Origin: an uncultured archaeon
GTDB taxonomy: Archaea; Thermoproteota; Nitrososphaeria; Nitrososphaerales; Gagatemarchaeaceae
Assembly (NCBI GenBank): GCA_963817525.1
Contig: CAWFOU010000001.1
Coordinates: forward strand, 1 to 64,000
DNA: 64,000 nucleotides
Direction: 5' to 3'
Positions 1-12,526 of this stretch are shown in pieces. Numbering within the stretch: position 1 is the first letter of the stretch; each line of letters opens with the position of its first letter. The position numbers were made by a program, and so were the translations under genes. The notes under the pieces were generated by a model. That model had not been told where the DNA came from and made no database searches. It saw only the letters and a list, made by a program, of their open reading frames with translations.

Positions 1-626
1 AAGGTATTCGCGTCGAATCCTTGCTTCAGTGACAAGACCAGCGCTTCGGAGAACGACTCGCCGATGAGGCCCAGGTATAGATTGACGTCCAATTTCATCT
101 TGTGACCATTTCCGTCCGAGCCAAGATACGAAACTGATTTCCCGAGCTCATTCAGAAAGTTCTGATACTTTTGGAAAACCTCTTTTTTCCCTCCTACCAG
201 GATCACAAGCTCTCCCTTCGAAGCCAAGTCCTCACTCCCCACGACGGGAGCGTCGAGCCTGTCCACGCCGGCCTTCTTCGCCGCTTCGGCGTGCCTAACC
301 GATGCGACCGGGTCGATGGTGCTCAGGTCGATCCACAGGCTGCCCTTTCTCATTGAGCTGAGAAATCCGTCCTCGCCGAGAGCCACGCTGTCGATTACAT
401 TCTGGTCGGTGAGCGATGTAAGGACGATGTCAACGGAGGAAGCGAGTTCCTTTGCGGACAGGTGAAGAATGGCACCTCCCCCGACGAGGGGCGCGGCCTT
501 CTGGCTTGTCCTGTTGAAAACGTGAACACTATATCCTCTTGTGAGGAGATTCGATGCAAAAGCGCTGCCCATCAGACCTAGCCCGATTACGCCTACCATT
601 GGCCTTGTTTGCTTGGCAGCCTTCAT
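1..626 (-). CDS. NAD(P)-dependent beta-hydroxyacid dehydrogenase (3-hydroxyisobutyrate/tartronate semialdehyde reductase family), runs off the window edge
   Basis: Manual translation: MKAAKQTRPMVGVIGLGLMGSAFASNL...FNRT...DLSTI...DAPVVGS...GNGHKMKL. Has the GxGxMG Rossmann motif, a DAPVxG motif and the catalytic Lys. Absent from the ORF track because there is no stop inside the window. Confidence 0.9.
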   Translation of the reverse strand, partial: MKAAKQTRPMVGVIGLGLMGSAFASNLLTRGYSVHVFNRTSQKAAPLVGGGAILHLSAKELASSVDIVLTSLTDQNVIDSVALGEDGFLSSMRKGSLWIDLSTIDPVASVRHAEAAKKAGVDRLDAPVVGSEDLASKGELVILVGGKKEVFQKYQNFLNELGKSVSYLGSDGNGHKMKLDVNLYLGLIGESFSEALVLSLKQGFDANT

Positions 627-735
627 TTTGATGGTTGCTCGGGACGAAGCAACATGAGGCTTTGAATTATTTAAGAATTCAGCCTCCCCTTGCCCTACTA
701 AATGCCCCTGAACAGGGACGGTCGATGGCCCAGTC

Positions 736-1752
736 TTATTTCAGAGCGAGGACAGCTCTCGCTGGAACGTCCCCTTTCTTCAGTTCTAATAGCACGTCAT
801 TCGCTTCCTGAAGCCTGTGCGTCTCGCAAATCGCTTTCACCTTCCCTGCACTCGCGAGGGCGAGCACGTCCCGCACGTCCTGCCTTGACCCTATGACCGT
901 GCCTAGAATCCTCTTTTCCAAGGGGAATGGGAACTCGCCCAGGTCTGCAAAGACCCCCATGACGATTGTCCCGCCGGGTTTGGTCGCTTCGATCGCGAGC
1001 CTGGCGATCTGCGTTGACGGGGCGAAAACTATGCTAGAATCGACCGCGCCGATCTTCCTCACAGTGTCCGCTGTATTGCCTTCCGAGGGATCGACGGTGG
1101 TGGAGGCGCCGACTTTCTTGGCCACCTCAAGGTGCTGACGGCCTCGGCTGACAGCGACGAGGTCGACTCCATACAGGGCCGCGAATTGCAGCACCATGTG
1201 TCCCACGCCGCCGATTCCGAAAACCGCAACCCTCTTGCCTGGCGCCAGACCTGCTTTCTTGACTGCGGCGTACGCGGTCACCCCCGGACAGAAGAGAGGC
1301 GCAGCCTCGACGTCACCAAGATTGTCAGGGATCTGATAGACGTGGTTTGCGACAGCGACGAGGTACTCGGCGTAGCCTCCATCTAGCGTCTCTCCTGTGA
1401 GCTGCTTTGAAACGCAAATCTCCTCCCGGCTCGACAAACAATACTCACATGACCCGCACGCGGACCAGAGGGGCTGAACGCCGACTCTGTCTCCTTTCTT
1501 TAGACCCGTCACGTCGTCGGCCAAATCCACAATCGTTCCAGAGATCTCATGCCCTGGTATGATGGGGAGTTTTGCTGGGACCCCATTTTTCACCCAGTCG
1601 CCTTCAATCACGTGAAGATTAGACCGGCAGACGCCACAGGCATGAACCTCAATCAGAACCTGTCCGCGTTGGATCGGCGGCTTCGGGACATCCTCCATAG
1701 TGAGCGGCCTGACTTCGATCGGCGCAGGCTTGCGGAGCACTGCAGCCTTCAA
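736..1752 (-). CDS. Zn-dependent alcohol dehydrogenase (MDR, AdhP-like)
   Basis: CGVCRSNLH, GHE, structural Zn CGSCEYC..C, GIGGVG. Confidence 0.92.
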   Translation of the reverse strand: MKAAVLRKPAPIEVRPLTMEDVPKPPIQRGQVLIEVHACGVCRSNLHVIEGDWVKNGVPAKLPIIPGHEISGTIVDLADDVTGLKKGDRVGVQPLWSACGSCEYCLSSREEICVSKQLTGETLDGGYAEYLVAVANHVYQIPDNLGDVEAAPLFCPGVTAYAAVKKAGLAPGKRVAVFGIGGVGHMVLQFAALYGVDLVAVSRGRQHLEVAKKVGASTTVDPSEGNTADTVRKIGAVDSSIVFAPSTQIARLAIEATKPGGTIVMGVFADLGEFPFPLEKRILGTVIGSRQDVRDVLALASAGKVKAICETHRLQEANDVLLELKKGDVPARAVLALK

Positions 1753-3242
1753 GTCTCTATTTCGGGCCGTTTCTGCGGCCCAACCATCCCAGGCTTAAAC
1801 GCAATGTGTTTGTACTCCATAAAGTCGTCTAGTCCGGCGAAACCGCGAAGGCGACCAACGCCGCTGTTTTTGAAACCTCCCTCCTCGAAACCCTCCGTCA
1901 TCAGAACCCAGTCGTTGATCCAGATGGTGCCAGACTGAAGCTCCCTCGCCACGCGCCAGGGGCGGTCGACGTCCCGCGTCCATATTCCGGCCGACAGGCC
2001 GTATTCCGAGTCGTTCGCCAGTGCGATGGCCTCGGCCTCGGTCTCGAAGACGATCATTACGAGGACAGGTCCAAACACCTCCGCTTGGAAGATGGGTAGC
2101 TTGGGATTGGACACTTCGAGCAGAGTCGGACGATAAAAGGCGCCACGCGCCAGCGGCCCCTCCGTGATGGGTCCCCCTCGAACGATGACTTTAGCACCGG
2201 CCCTGATCGCGTCTTCCACCATGCCGTTCACCCGCTCAACGTTCGGCTTGTCGATCATCGGACCCATATCGCTGGTCGGATCAGAGGCCGGGCCTGCCTT
2301 CACCCTTCTCAATCGCGCTCCGAGTTGCTCGCGTACCTTCTGAGCTATCGCACTCTGAACGAGTATCCTGCTTCCGGTCATGCAGAACTGTCCCGCAAAG
2401 ACGGTCAGCGCCTTCTCAATCGTCGGCATCGCGGCATCGAGATTGGCGTCGTTGAACACCAGCATGGGTGTCTTGCCGCCCAACTCGAGGCCGAGGCGCT
2501 TCAGGGAGGGAGCACCCATCGCGGCGAGGGCGCTCCCGGTCTTCGAGCTTCCAGTAAAGCTGATCGTCTGTACGTCTGGTGATTCGCAGAGAAAAGCCAG
2601 CGCCTCGTGGCCGCCCGTTATCATATTGACAACTCCGCGAGGCAGGGACTTCACTTCAGCTATGACTTGAGAGATGAGCGCGTTCATCTGGGCGGTCTCC
2701 TTCGGCATCTTGACGACGGTGGTGCAGCCCGCGCCTAGGGCAGGAGCGAGTGAGCGGATCAGCAGAGCGACCGGGGAATTCCACGGGACGCTGATCCCGG
2801 CGACGCCGATAGGCTGGCGAAGCACTACAGAGAGGGAACCGGGTTCCCATTCGGCGGCGCGCCCCTGGTCTGTGAGGACGAGCGCAGCGTAATAACGGAG
2901 CATCGGCGCCGCCGTCTGCACTTCGTAGATTGCTTCAGGGACTATCTTCCCGTTTTCCGTGGACAACAGCTGAACAAGGTCCTGGGTCCGTGCGTCGAAC
3001 TTCTCTGCCATCTCGTTGAGAACACGCGAGCGCAGGTGGGGGTCATTCTTCCAGGGTGTCTCGCGGAAGACCCTGAGCGCGACCTCGACCGCCTCGCCCG
3101 TATCCTCGCGACTGGCATAGGCATAGCTTCCGATTACTTCTCCGGTGGCGGGGTTTATGCTGTCGTGATGTTCGGTGGAGTCGCGCCAATTGCCATCAAC
3201 CCAGTGCTTGGCTGTTGCACCCTCCGACGCCGGGGTGGTCAC
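1749..3242 (-). CDS. Aldehyde dehydrogenase
   Basis: PWNSP, FTGS, LELGGK, GQFC, EVFGP motifs; 4-bp overlap with the ADH gene. Confidence 0.95.
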   Translation of the reverse strand: MTTPASEGATAKHWVDGNWRDSTEHHDSINPATGEVIGSYAYASREDTGEAVEVALRVFRETPWKNDPHLRSRVLNEMAEKFDARTQDLVQLLSTENGKIVPEAIYEVQTAAPMLRYYAALVLTDQGRAAEWEPGSLSVVLRQPIGVAGISVPWNSPVALLIRSLAPALGAGCTTVVKMPKETAQMNALISQVIAEVKSLPRGVVNMITGGHEALAFLCESPDVQTISFTGSSKTGSALAAMGAPSLKRLGLELGGKTPMLVFNDANLDAAMPTIEKALTVFAGQFCMTGSRILVQSAIAQKVREQLGARLRRVKAGPASDPTSDMGPMIDKPNVERVNGMVEDAIRAGAKVIVRGGPITEGPLARGAFYRPTLLEVSNPKLPIFQAEVFGPVLVMIVFETEAEAIALANDSEYGLSAGIWTRDVDRPWRVARELQSGTIWINDWVLMTEGFEEGGFKNSGVGRLRGFAGLDDFMEYKHIAFKPGMVGPQKRPEIET

Positions 3243-3337
3243 ATCACATCAGGCCGAGGTGCCGAAAGCGGCAGTCCATGCTATAAGATTTACGCGAATA
3301 TGATATCAGGAAAAAGGGCGTGTTAGAGCGTAGGCTT

Positions 3338-3393
3338 CAAAATGCCGAGGGATTCGACCCAGATGGTCCTATGCCCGCCCGGGGCATCACTTC
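3338..3393 (+). repeat. Intergenic repeat copy A (tRNA-3'-end-like, imperfect palindrome)
   Basis: caaaatgccgagggattcgacccagatggtcctatgcccgcccggggcatcacttc; aligns with the copies at 5573 and 7111. Confidence 0.8.
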
Positions 3394-3507
3394 AAAACAA
3401 GCCAGTTCCATCCTCCATTTGTCCAAACGAGGCAGAAACGGGGCAGAGCACCCAGAAACTGAATTTCCGCAAGACAAGCCGCTTTCTCGAGCCTGACGCT
3501 TCACAAG

Positions 3508-5448
3508 CTATTCATGCGCGAAACCGAGGCGCTTGTCGATTGAAACCCAACGTGCGTCTTGTCTCCACTTCGCGAACCAGGGAACCTGTCTAAAAATCAA
3601 GACGGATTCTGAGCCTTCTTTGTAACTCCTCTCGAGGTAGCTGAATCCTTCGTCAATCCTTCCGATGCCAAAGAGGGCGAAAGCGATGTGCGCTTTGTCG
3701 ACGTAGGTGTCTTTGGAGGAGATCTGTGCCCGCGCTATCAATCTGTTGGCTTCATCGTGTTTGCCTGCCAGTCCCAGCAGGCAGGCTAATTCGCATTGGA
3801 ACCTACTGTCGCCTCCGGAGAGGGCTGCGGCGCTCCGCATTTCCCGGATTGCATCTTCAACTTTCGAATCCATGTAAAGGGTCCAGCCGAGATTGTAGTG
3901 TGCGGGCGGATAAGCCGGCTCAGATTCAACCAATCTTCTGAGGCATTCGGTCGCTTCTACCAACCTTCCGAGCGCGGCCAGTACCCAGCCCTCGTTGGCG
4001 CGGATGAGCCGAGAGAGGGGGTCTAGAAGACTCGCAATCTTGATTTGCTCATAGGATTCTTCAAACCTGCCCCGATACCACAACTGAAGCGAGTACCACT
4101 GATGGGCCAGCGCATAGCTTGGATTCAATTCGATGGCTCTTCTGAGCTCGGCCTCCGCTCCATCCCAATCGTGTTCGTGCGTGGCTTTGACCGTCGCCAA
4201 AGAGGCATGAGGCTCGGCGATCGAAGGATCCAGTTGGATAGCCTTGAGCGCGTTTTTCTTGGTTTTCAGTTGTGCCCTTCTGGGCATCCACCAGCCGTAG
4301 TTCGAGTAGATGTGGTAGCAATCTGCCAGGCCTGCGTATGCCAGAGCGAAGTCCGGATCCAAGTCGATAGCCTCGTTGAAATGCCTGACCGCCAAATCGT
4401 TGCCGTCCTTCGTCCTTTCCCTCCAGTATTGCCTCCCCTTGAGGTATGATGTGTATGCCTCCGTGTTCTTTGTAGGCGCCCTTTTCAGATGCATGGTCAC
4501 GCTCGGTGACATGCGCACCCTGAGCGCCTCCGCCACTTTCCGGGCAATTTCGCTCTGGAGGGAAAGGACGTCATCGAAATCTCTGTCGTAGCTCTGGCCC
4601 CAAAGATTTGCCTCGCTGGCCGTATCTATGAGCTGGACTGTTACGCGAACCCTGTTCCCTGCCTTTCGAACGCTCCCCTCTAGAACGGTCCCGACTTCGA
4701 GCTCGATTCCAATTTCCCTAACCTTCTTGTTTGTCCCTTTGTAACACATAGCCGACGTGCGCGCTATCACGCTCATCCCCGCAATCGATGAGGCTGACGA
4801 TATCAATTCCTCAGTCATGCCATCAGCCAGATATTCGTCGCTCTTTTCTGGGCTGAAGTTGGCCAAAGGGAGAATGGCAATCCTTCTCCGATCGGGAATA
4901 GCAGAAGATGTTGCAGTTTGCTCATCCCAGGGCAACATCATGTTGTATACCTCTACCGGCGAGGTCACGTTCTTGAGCGCCTTCGCTCCGACGCTCCTCA
5001 TCCGAACCTCGAACTTGTTATAGACGTGGTCGTAGACCTGACGAGTAAGACAGACACCACCGTCGTCGGCGAGACTTACAATCCTGGAAGCAATGTTGAC
5101 AGCATCGCCTGAAATATCGCCCTGATGACCCACGACATCACCCAGGTGCAGGCCGACTCTCATGCGAATCTTCTTGCCGTTGGGCATGGAAAAATTGAAT
5201 TCCCTCGTCACTCTCTGGACGTCGTATGCGCATCGCACCGCATCGAGGGCGTTCGGAAATTCAACAAGAAATGCGTCTCCCATCGTTTTTACTTCCCTTC
5301 CGTTGTGCCTGAGGAATACCGGCCTCAGAAGCTTTCTCTGCTCCTTAACAATGGCGAGAGAAAGTGATTCGTCCCGTTGGCCTAGTTCAGTATATCCGAC
5401 CAAATCGGTGAACATGATTGCGGCGAGTCTCCTCTCATCCTTTGGCAA
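3508..5448 (-). CDS. Class III adenylate/guanylate cyclase with TolB-like domain and TPR repeats
   Basis: MFTDLVGYT, KTMGDAF and GDAVNIASR cyclase motifs; RIAILPLAN...GMTEELI...EGSVRKAGNRVRVTVQL TolB-like region; C-terminal TPRs. Confidence 0.92.
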   Translation of the reverse strand: MPKDERRLAAIMFTDLVGYTELGQRDESLSLAIVKEQRKLLRPVFLRHNGREVKTMGDAFLVEFPNALDAVRCAYDVQRVTREFNFSMPNGKKIRMRVGLHLGDVVGHQGDISGDAVNIASRIVSLADDGGVCLTRQVYDHVYNKFEVRMRSVGAKALKNVTSPVEVYNMMLPWDEQTATSSAIPDRRRIAILPLANFSPEKSDEYLADGMTEELISSASSIAGMSVIARTSAMCYKGTNKKVREIGIELEVGTVLEGSVRKAGNRVRVTVQLIDTASEANLWGQSYDRDFDDVLSLQSEIARKVAEALRVRMSPSVTMHLKRAPTKNTEAYTSYLKGRQYWRERTKDGNDLAVRHFNEAIDLDPDFALAYAGLADCYHIYSNYGWWMPRRAQLKTKKNALKAIQLDPSIAEPHASLATVKATHEHDWDGAEAELRRAIELNPSYALAHQWYSLQLWYRGRFEESYEQIKIASLLDPLSRLIRANEGWVLAALGRLVEATECLRRLVESEPAYPPAHYNLGWTLYMDSKVEDAIREMRSAAALSGGDSRFQCELACLLGLAGKHDEANRLIARAQISSKDTYVDKAHIAFALFGIGRIDEGFSYLERSYKEGSESVLIFRQVPWFAKWRQDARWVSIDKRLGFAHE

Positions 5449-5572
5449 TTAGATGAAGGTCTGAGCTCCCGTAGAGGATAAATCCATTCCGACATCCGTT
5501 ATTAGTCCTGATGGGCTCGAACCCGAATCCGACACTCGCACTAGATCCTACCTCCCTCCATCCGAAGAGAGC

Positions 5573-5612
5573 GGATTCTACCCAGATGGTCTAACGCCCG
5601 CCCGGGGCACCA
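5573..5612 (+). repeat. Intergenic repeat copy B, ending in ...CCGGGGCACCA
   Basis: ggattctacccagatggtctaacgcccgcccggggcacca. Confidence 0.75.
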
Positions 5613-5683
5613 ATCAGTCGCCCTTCGGCTGTTTTGTCTCGGCAAGTATATTACGCTCGGCGAGCCTTGTCCCCTCCAAGGCC

Positions 5684-6958
5684 ATGCGAGAGTCTACCTC
5701 CAAGTCCTCGACGCTAACTCTAGCGGCCTTCGCGGTGATTTTTCTGCTCGCCTTGTCGCCCCGCGCCTTTGCGCTCTCAAATGGGCAGGCAGCGAACCTC
5801 GTGATCGGCGAACCGAGTCTGACGGCATTCAGCCCCGGAGCATTGTCGACAGCGTTGGTCGGACCCTATGCCATCGCCTTCGATTCCAGCCACGACCTGT
5901 GGGTGGCGGACGCGGGCGGGGACAGAGTCCTGGAGTACAAGACTCCGCTTTCGACAGACGAAGCGGCCAGCCTGGTCATAGGCCAGTCGAACTTCACGGG
6001 ACTCGGGTCTGCGACGACCTCCACAGGCCTGGACACTCCAAACGGGCTCGCGTTCGACTCCAGCGGGAACCTCTGGGTCACAGACTCGTCCAACAACAGA
6101 GTCCTGGAATACAAGGCGCCGTTCACGACCGGCGAAGCTGCCAGCCTGGTGCTTGGGCAGCCTGACTTCACGACGAGCGGCGACACCGTCACGAATTCGA
6201 GCTCGCTGAACTCTCCCTACGGGCTCGCGTTCGACCCAAGCGGCAACCTCTGGGTCGCAGACCTTCTCAATGGGAGGGTACTGGAATACAAGGCGCCGTT
6301 CTCGAACCACGAGGCCGCAAGCCTCGTTATCGGGGAACCGAGCTTCACGGCTGCAAACGATGAGGTAAGCAAGGCAGGGCTCAATGCTCCCAATAGCGTC
6401 GCCTTCGACTCCAGCGGGAACCTCTGGGTGGCCGACGGTCACAGGGTCTTGGAGTACGCCGCCCCGTTCTCCACGCATGAGGCTGCGAGCATGGTGATAG
6501 GCCAGAACAATTATGTGAACAGCAGTACTGTGACGACGCCCACTGGGATGAACGGCCCTTCGGGAATCGCATTCGACTCCAGCGGGAACCTTTGGGTCTC
6601 CGACCGGTTGAACAACAGGGTCTTGAGCTATCCCAAGCCCTTCTCCACCTTTGAAGCGGCGAGCGTCGTGATCGGCCAACCGAACTTCACGAGCTCGGCC
6701 ATGCCACCAGTCACGGAGCCGACGGCAACGTCGCTGAGTCAACCCTCGGGGCTCGCCTTCGACTCCGGGAACCTATGGGTGGTGGACGGGAACGAGGGCA
6801 GGGTTCTGGAGTATGGAGGCTCAGTTGCGTCCACCTCCACTAGCAAGACCACCACGACACCCGAGTTTCCGGCGATCATGGTCCCAATAGTCTTCACCGT
6901 CGTATTGGGAGCGGCACTGGTTCTGCAGAGGTCTGCAAGCCGATTCCAGCATCCCTGA
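5684..6958 (+). CDS. Secreted NHL-repeat beta-propeller surface protein with PEF-CTERM-like anchor
   Basis: Signal peptide, six LAFDSSGNLWVxD..NRVLEY repeats, Thr-rich linker, PEFP followed by a TM helix and basic tail. Confidence 0.88.
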   Translation: MRESTSKSSTLTLAAFAVIFLLALSPRAFALSNGQAANLVIGEPSLTAFSPGALSTALVGPYAIAFDSSHDLWVADAGGDRVLEYKTPLSTDEAASLVIGQSNFTGLGSATTSTGLDTPNGLAFDSSGNLWVTDSSNNRVLEYKAPFTTGEAASLVLGQPDFTTSGDTVTNSSSLNSPYGLAFDPSGNLWVADLLNGRVLEYKAPFSNHEAASLVIGEPSFTAANDEVSKAGLNAPNSVAFDSSGNLWVADGHRVLEYAAPFSTHEAASMVIGQNNYVNSSTVTTPTGMNGPSGIAFDSSGNLWVSDRLNNRVLSYPKPFSTFEAASVVIGQPNFTSSAMPPVTEPTATSLSQPSGLAFDSGNLWVVDGNEGRVLEYGGSVASTSTSKTTTTPEFPAIMVPIVFTVVLGAALVLQRSASRFQHP

Positions 6959-7110
6959 GATTCGGACGAAGGGTTGTCGACTGGTTTTTGGCTTGCTCAT
7001 CCATAAGACTGATGGATTCGGGAAACGTAATCTCCGAATGCCATAGGCGGGCTCGAGGCGCTCGAAACAGAAATCGAAGCGGCTTGGTGAAGCGCGCTTG
7101 ACGCGGAGCC

Positions 7111-7168
7111 CAAAATGTCGGGGGATTCGACCTTGATGGTTCAGAGCCCGCCCGGGGACATCGCTTTC
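7111..7168 (+). repeat. Intergenic repeat copy C
   Basis: caaaatgtcgggggattcgaccttgatggttcagagcccgcccggggacatcgctttc. Confidence 0.8.
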
Positions 7169-7998
7169 ACAAGTCGTGTTCGAGGCACACCGAATCCCCA
7201 CGACCGACGCTTCCTCCCCTGAGCACGGACGCATAGACTCCCACAACGGTTTGGTTGTGCTTAGCGGGGGTTCTCAAGATGCCCAGGTCCCCCGGGAAGG
7301 TCGCCCTGGGGCAGGGTTGTCATCACGCACCTGGCGCAGCGCGCAGTGACCCTCAGGCGCACCTCCTCGCCCACGGCGAGCGTCTTGCCCACCCACGAAT
7401 TCTCGACGAAGTCCGCTTCCCCGCCTGCAAGTCCGACCACTATGTTTGGCCTAAACCGCCTGCTCTCGAAGCGCCCCTCCGGATATAGCTCCCGAAGACG
7501 GTCTATCGTTGAAGTCGTTAGAAGATGGACCGGAGAAGAGTCGAAGAACGTGTGAGGGGGCATGGTCTCGTCGGTGACGACCTCTCTGTTGGCGAGCCCC
7601 TCGACGTCTGGCCAGTACTCCTCCAAGATGGGGCCCTGCAGCCTGGGCCTCATCAGCTGCACTCGTCGCCCAAGGGTCTCTGAGAGCGTCTCGTCGATAT
7701 CTTGGTCCGAGGACAAGAGCGTCCCGTCAGGAAGGGATATGCGCACGGGCGGGAGCTTGTCGGTTGCCCTTGGCTGTCCGGCATAGGAAGCGCGAAAGTC
7801 GAAGAGCCGCCCCCACTTCCGCGGGTTCTTCGCGCTAGCGACCTTCCCCGTCTCCTGGTCGACGAGCGCGAACGCCCGGTCGCCGAGGAGCCCGCGCTCC
7901 GTCAGGTAGGTAGAATTCAGCTCCTCCCCCATCATCGATTTTACGGGATAGCGATGGAGCGAGACCACGGACCCGACGGCCTGATTGGGCTGGCCCAT
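7167..7998 (-). CDS. MOSC domain protein (frameshifted near 7290)
   Basis: RYPVKSM, GDRAFA, RFRPN, CARCVM. Removing one G from the G-run after LPQGDLP restores DLGILRTPAKHNQTVVGVYASVLRGGSVGRGDSV..., stop at 7167. Confidence 0.85.
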
Positions 7999-8051
7999 GA
8001 GAGTCAGTCCGCTCTCGCGTATTTATGAAAGCGCGGCCCCTCCAGAACGAG

Positions 8052-8696
8052 CTAACCTCTCTTCGCCTGGCTCGCGAACCTCTTCTTGACGAGCTGCCCG
8101 AAGGCCCGCTTGTCGTATCGGTACTCCCTGTCCGTGTCGAGCTCGTGGTAGAGTTGCTCCGAGGTCGCTTCTCTGAATAGCACCTTCGAGATCCAGAGCC
8201 CAAGGTCCTTCGTCTTCCTGAAAGGCAATTCCATGGAGTAGAAGGGATAGTCGCAGGCCGTCGGCAACACCCCTACAAAAGGAAGGAAGAGAGTCACGAA
8301 CCTGGAACCTGCTGGGAGCTCCGTCCCAAAGTGCGCGACGTCCTCCTCCATCTCGTAGGTGCCGCAGAAGACGACGGTCGCGTCGTGGATGTCCGAGTCC
8401 ATGAAGTCCTCGTTCCTTATCTCGATGCGGTCAGATAGGCCGAGCACTTCGACATAGGCGGCGGCCTTCGCCGCCCTCCCCGCGTGCATCTCGATCCCGA
8501 CGGCCCTCTTGACCCCGAACTCGGTGACCGCGATGACGCACAGCTGTCCTCGCCCACACCCGAGGTCGTAGAAGACATCCTTCTTGGTGGCCCGTGCGAG
8601 GGTGAGGAGCTTCCTGATGTGCCTGTTGCTCTGGTAGTCCTCCGGACCCAACCTGTCCAAATGTATGGTCGCCGGCTCCCGCCTGGGGCATCTCAA
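8052..8696 (-). CDS. Class I SAM-dependent methyltransferase
   Basis: FYDLGCGRG motif I, AVGIE; true start uncertain. Confidence 0.8.
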   Translation of the reverse strand: MRCPRREPATIHLDRLGPEDYQSNRHIRKLLTLARATKKDVFYDLGCGRGQLCVIAVTEFGVKRAVGIEMHAGRAAKAAAYVEVLGLSDRIEIRNEDFMDSDIHDATVVFCGTYEMEEDVAHFGTELPAGSRFVTLFLPFVGVLPTACDYPFYSMELPFRKTKDLGLWISKVLFREATSEQLYHELDTDREYRYDKRAFGQLVKKRFASQAKRG

Positions 8697-8752
8697 TCGT
8701 TGTGGTATAGCTCTGTCCTGGTCGGGGTTGAAGGGATGGACTCGGCTGGCGG

Positions 8753-10661
<1,909 letters not shown>

Positions 10662-10710
10662 CTTCCCGGTCAAGCTTATCGCCCCGTGCGCCCGGGGCAG
10701 AGGCAGGTGA

Positions 10711-11913
10711 ATGGGAATCCCGGACGGCAGCGTAGGGGTCGTCCAGACAAAGTCCTTCACATTCGCCGAGCCACCCCATGAGGTGCCGCTCGAGAGCGGA
10801 GAGCGGCTCGGCCCCATAACCTTGGCATACGAGACCTACGGCCAGCTCGACGAGGAAAAGTCCAACGCCATACTCGTGGCCCACGCGCTCTCGGGAGACG
10901 CGCACGTTGCGGGCTTCCACGAGGGGGACAAGAACCCCGGCTGGTGGGACAGCATGATAGGCCCAGGGAGGGCCCTGGATACTGACAAGTACTTCGTGAT
11001 CGCCTCTAACGTCATCGGGGGGTGCATGGGATCCACGGGCCCCTCGTCGCCGAACCCCAAGACGGGAAAGCCGTACGGGTCCGACTTCCCCATCGTGTCC
11101 ATCAGGGACATGGTCGACGCCCAGCGCCACCTCCTCGACCACTTGGGGATACAGCGCCTCCTCTCCGTGGTGGGCGGCTCGATGGGCGGGATGCAGGCGC
11201 TCCAGTGGATGGTGTCGTACCCCGAGAGGATACGCTCGGCGATCCCGATATCCACAGCGCTGAAGCACACCCCCCAGCAGATAGCCTTCAACGAGGTCGG
11301 CAGGCAGGCGATCATGGCGGACCCGAACTGGAAGGGCGGGAACTACTATGACTCCGCGCCGCCGGGGAGGGGCTTGGCCGTCGCAAGGATGGTGGGGCAC
11401 ATCACCTACATGAGCGAGGCCTCGATGGGCGAGAAGTTCGGGAGGCGCCTCAAGGAGTCCAAGAAGGCGGTAAAGTTCAGCCCGGAGTTCGAGGTCGAGG
11501 GGTACCTCGAGAACCGGGGCGAGAGCTTCGTCAAGAGGTTCGACGCCAACTCCTACCTGTACATCACCAAGGCCATGGACTACTTCGACGCGGGGGCCGG
11601 GAGCCCCACGGGGGTCTTCAAGGGCCTCAAAGCGAAGGTCCTCGTGATCGCGTTCAAGTCAGACTGGCTATATCCCGCGCACCAGTCCCAGGAGATTGCA
11701 AAGGCGTGCAAGTGGGCGGGCGTGGACGCGACATACTGCGAGGTCCATTCCACCTACGGGCACGACGCCTTCCTTCTCGAGACGGTGGAGGAGACCCGGC
11801 TCATCAAGCACTTCCTCACCTCGACCTTCAGCCGCCGCGAAGAAGGCCACGAGAAGACGACGACCAATGAGATTGGAGGAGCTGTCAAATTCGCGGGACG
11901 CGTGGGCGCTTAA
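10711..11913 (+). CDS. metX: Homoserine O-acetyltransferase
   Basis: HALSGD, GGSMGG nucleophile elbow, SDWLYP, GHDAFL. Confidence 0.95.
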   Translation: MGIPDGSVGVVQTKSFTFAEPPHEVPLESGERLGPITLAYETYGQLDEEKSNAILVAHALSGDAHVAGFHEGDKNPGWWDSMIGPGRALDTDKYFVIASNVIGGCMGSTGPSSPNPKTGKPYGSDFPIVSIRDMVDAQRHLLDHLGIQRLLSVVGGSMGGMQALQWMVSYPERIRSAIPISTALKHTPQQIAFNEVGRQAIMADPNWKGGNYYDSAPPGRGLAVARMVGHITYMSEASMGEKFGRRLKESKKAVKFSPEFEVEGYLENRGESFVKRFDANSYLYITKAMDYFDAGAGSPTGVFKGLKAKVLVIAFKSDWLYPAHQSQEIAKACKWAGVDATYCEVHSTYGHDAFLLETVEETRLIKHFLTSTFSRREEGHEKTTTNEIGGAVKFAGRVGA

Positions 11914-11935
11914 ATGGATGGCCGACATCTAGGCA

Positions 11936-12523
11936 TTGGATAGAGTCAGACTAGACTATCGGGTCATCGCCGACTGGATAAGGCCGGAGGCGAGCGTCCT
12001 CGACCTCGGGTGCGGTGACTGCGAACTCCTGTCAATCCTCGTCAAGGAGAAGAACGTCCGCGCCAACGGCATCGAGATCGACGAGCAGGCGATATACAAG
12101 TGCGTCGAGAAGGGCCTGAGCGTCTTCCACGAAGACATCGAGCAGGGGCTCTCGGGATACCCGGACGAGTCCTTCGACTATGTCATAATGAACGGCAGCC
12201 TCCAGCAGGTGACAAAGCCGGACGCAGTGTTCAAGGAGGCGCTGCGGGTGGGCAAGAAGCTGATAGTGGGCTTCCCTAACTTCAGCCACGTGTCCACGAG
12301 GCTCCAGATCCTCTTCTCCGGGAAGGTCCCGATTACCCCCTCCCTGCCCTATCAGTGGTATGACACGCCGAACCTTCACTTCCTGAGCATATCCGACTTC
12401 CGGGACTACTGCAGGCTGAGAGGCCTCAAGATAGAGGCGTCCGCGTTCCTGACCAAGGACAAGCGCGTGGGCCTCCTCCCGAACCTCTTCGCCGAGCAGG
12501 GTCTTTTCTTGCTCTCAAAATGA
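11936..12523 (+). CDS. metW: Methionine biosynthesis protein MetW
   Basis: LDLGCGD, FPNF, WYDTPNLH; directly downstream of metX. Confidence 0.92.
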   Translation: MDRVRLDYRVIADWIRPEASVLDLGCGDCELLSILVKEKNVRANGIEIDEQAIYKCVEKGLSVFHEDIEQGLSGYPDESFDYVIMNGSLQQVTKPDAVFKEALRVGKKLIVGFPNFSHVSTRLQILFSGKVPITPSLPYQWYDTPNLHFLSISDFRDYCRLRGLKIEASAFLTKDKRVGLLPNLFAEQGLFLLSK

Positions 12524-12526
12524 CCC

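Noticed and set aside
5777-6780. Recurring ~30-bp sequences (ttcgactccagcgggaacctctgggt) as a possible CRISPR array
   Set aside because: They are in-frame NHL protein repeats with synonymous variation and ~170-bp spacing; no cas genes are present
3338-7168. Repeat copies as intact tRNA genes
   Set aside because: No D-arm or anticodon arm and degenerate T-loops; treated as tRNA-derived sites instead
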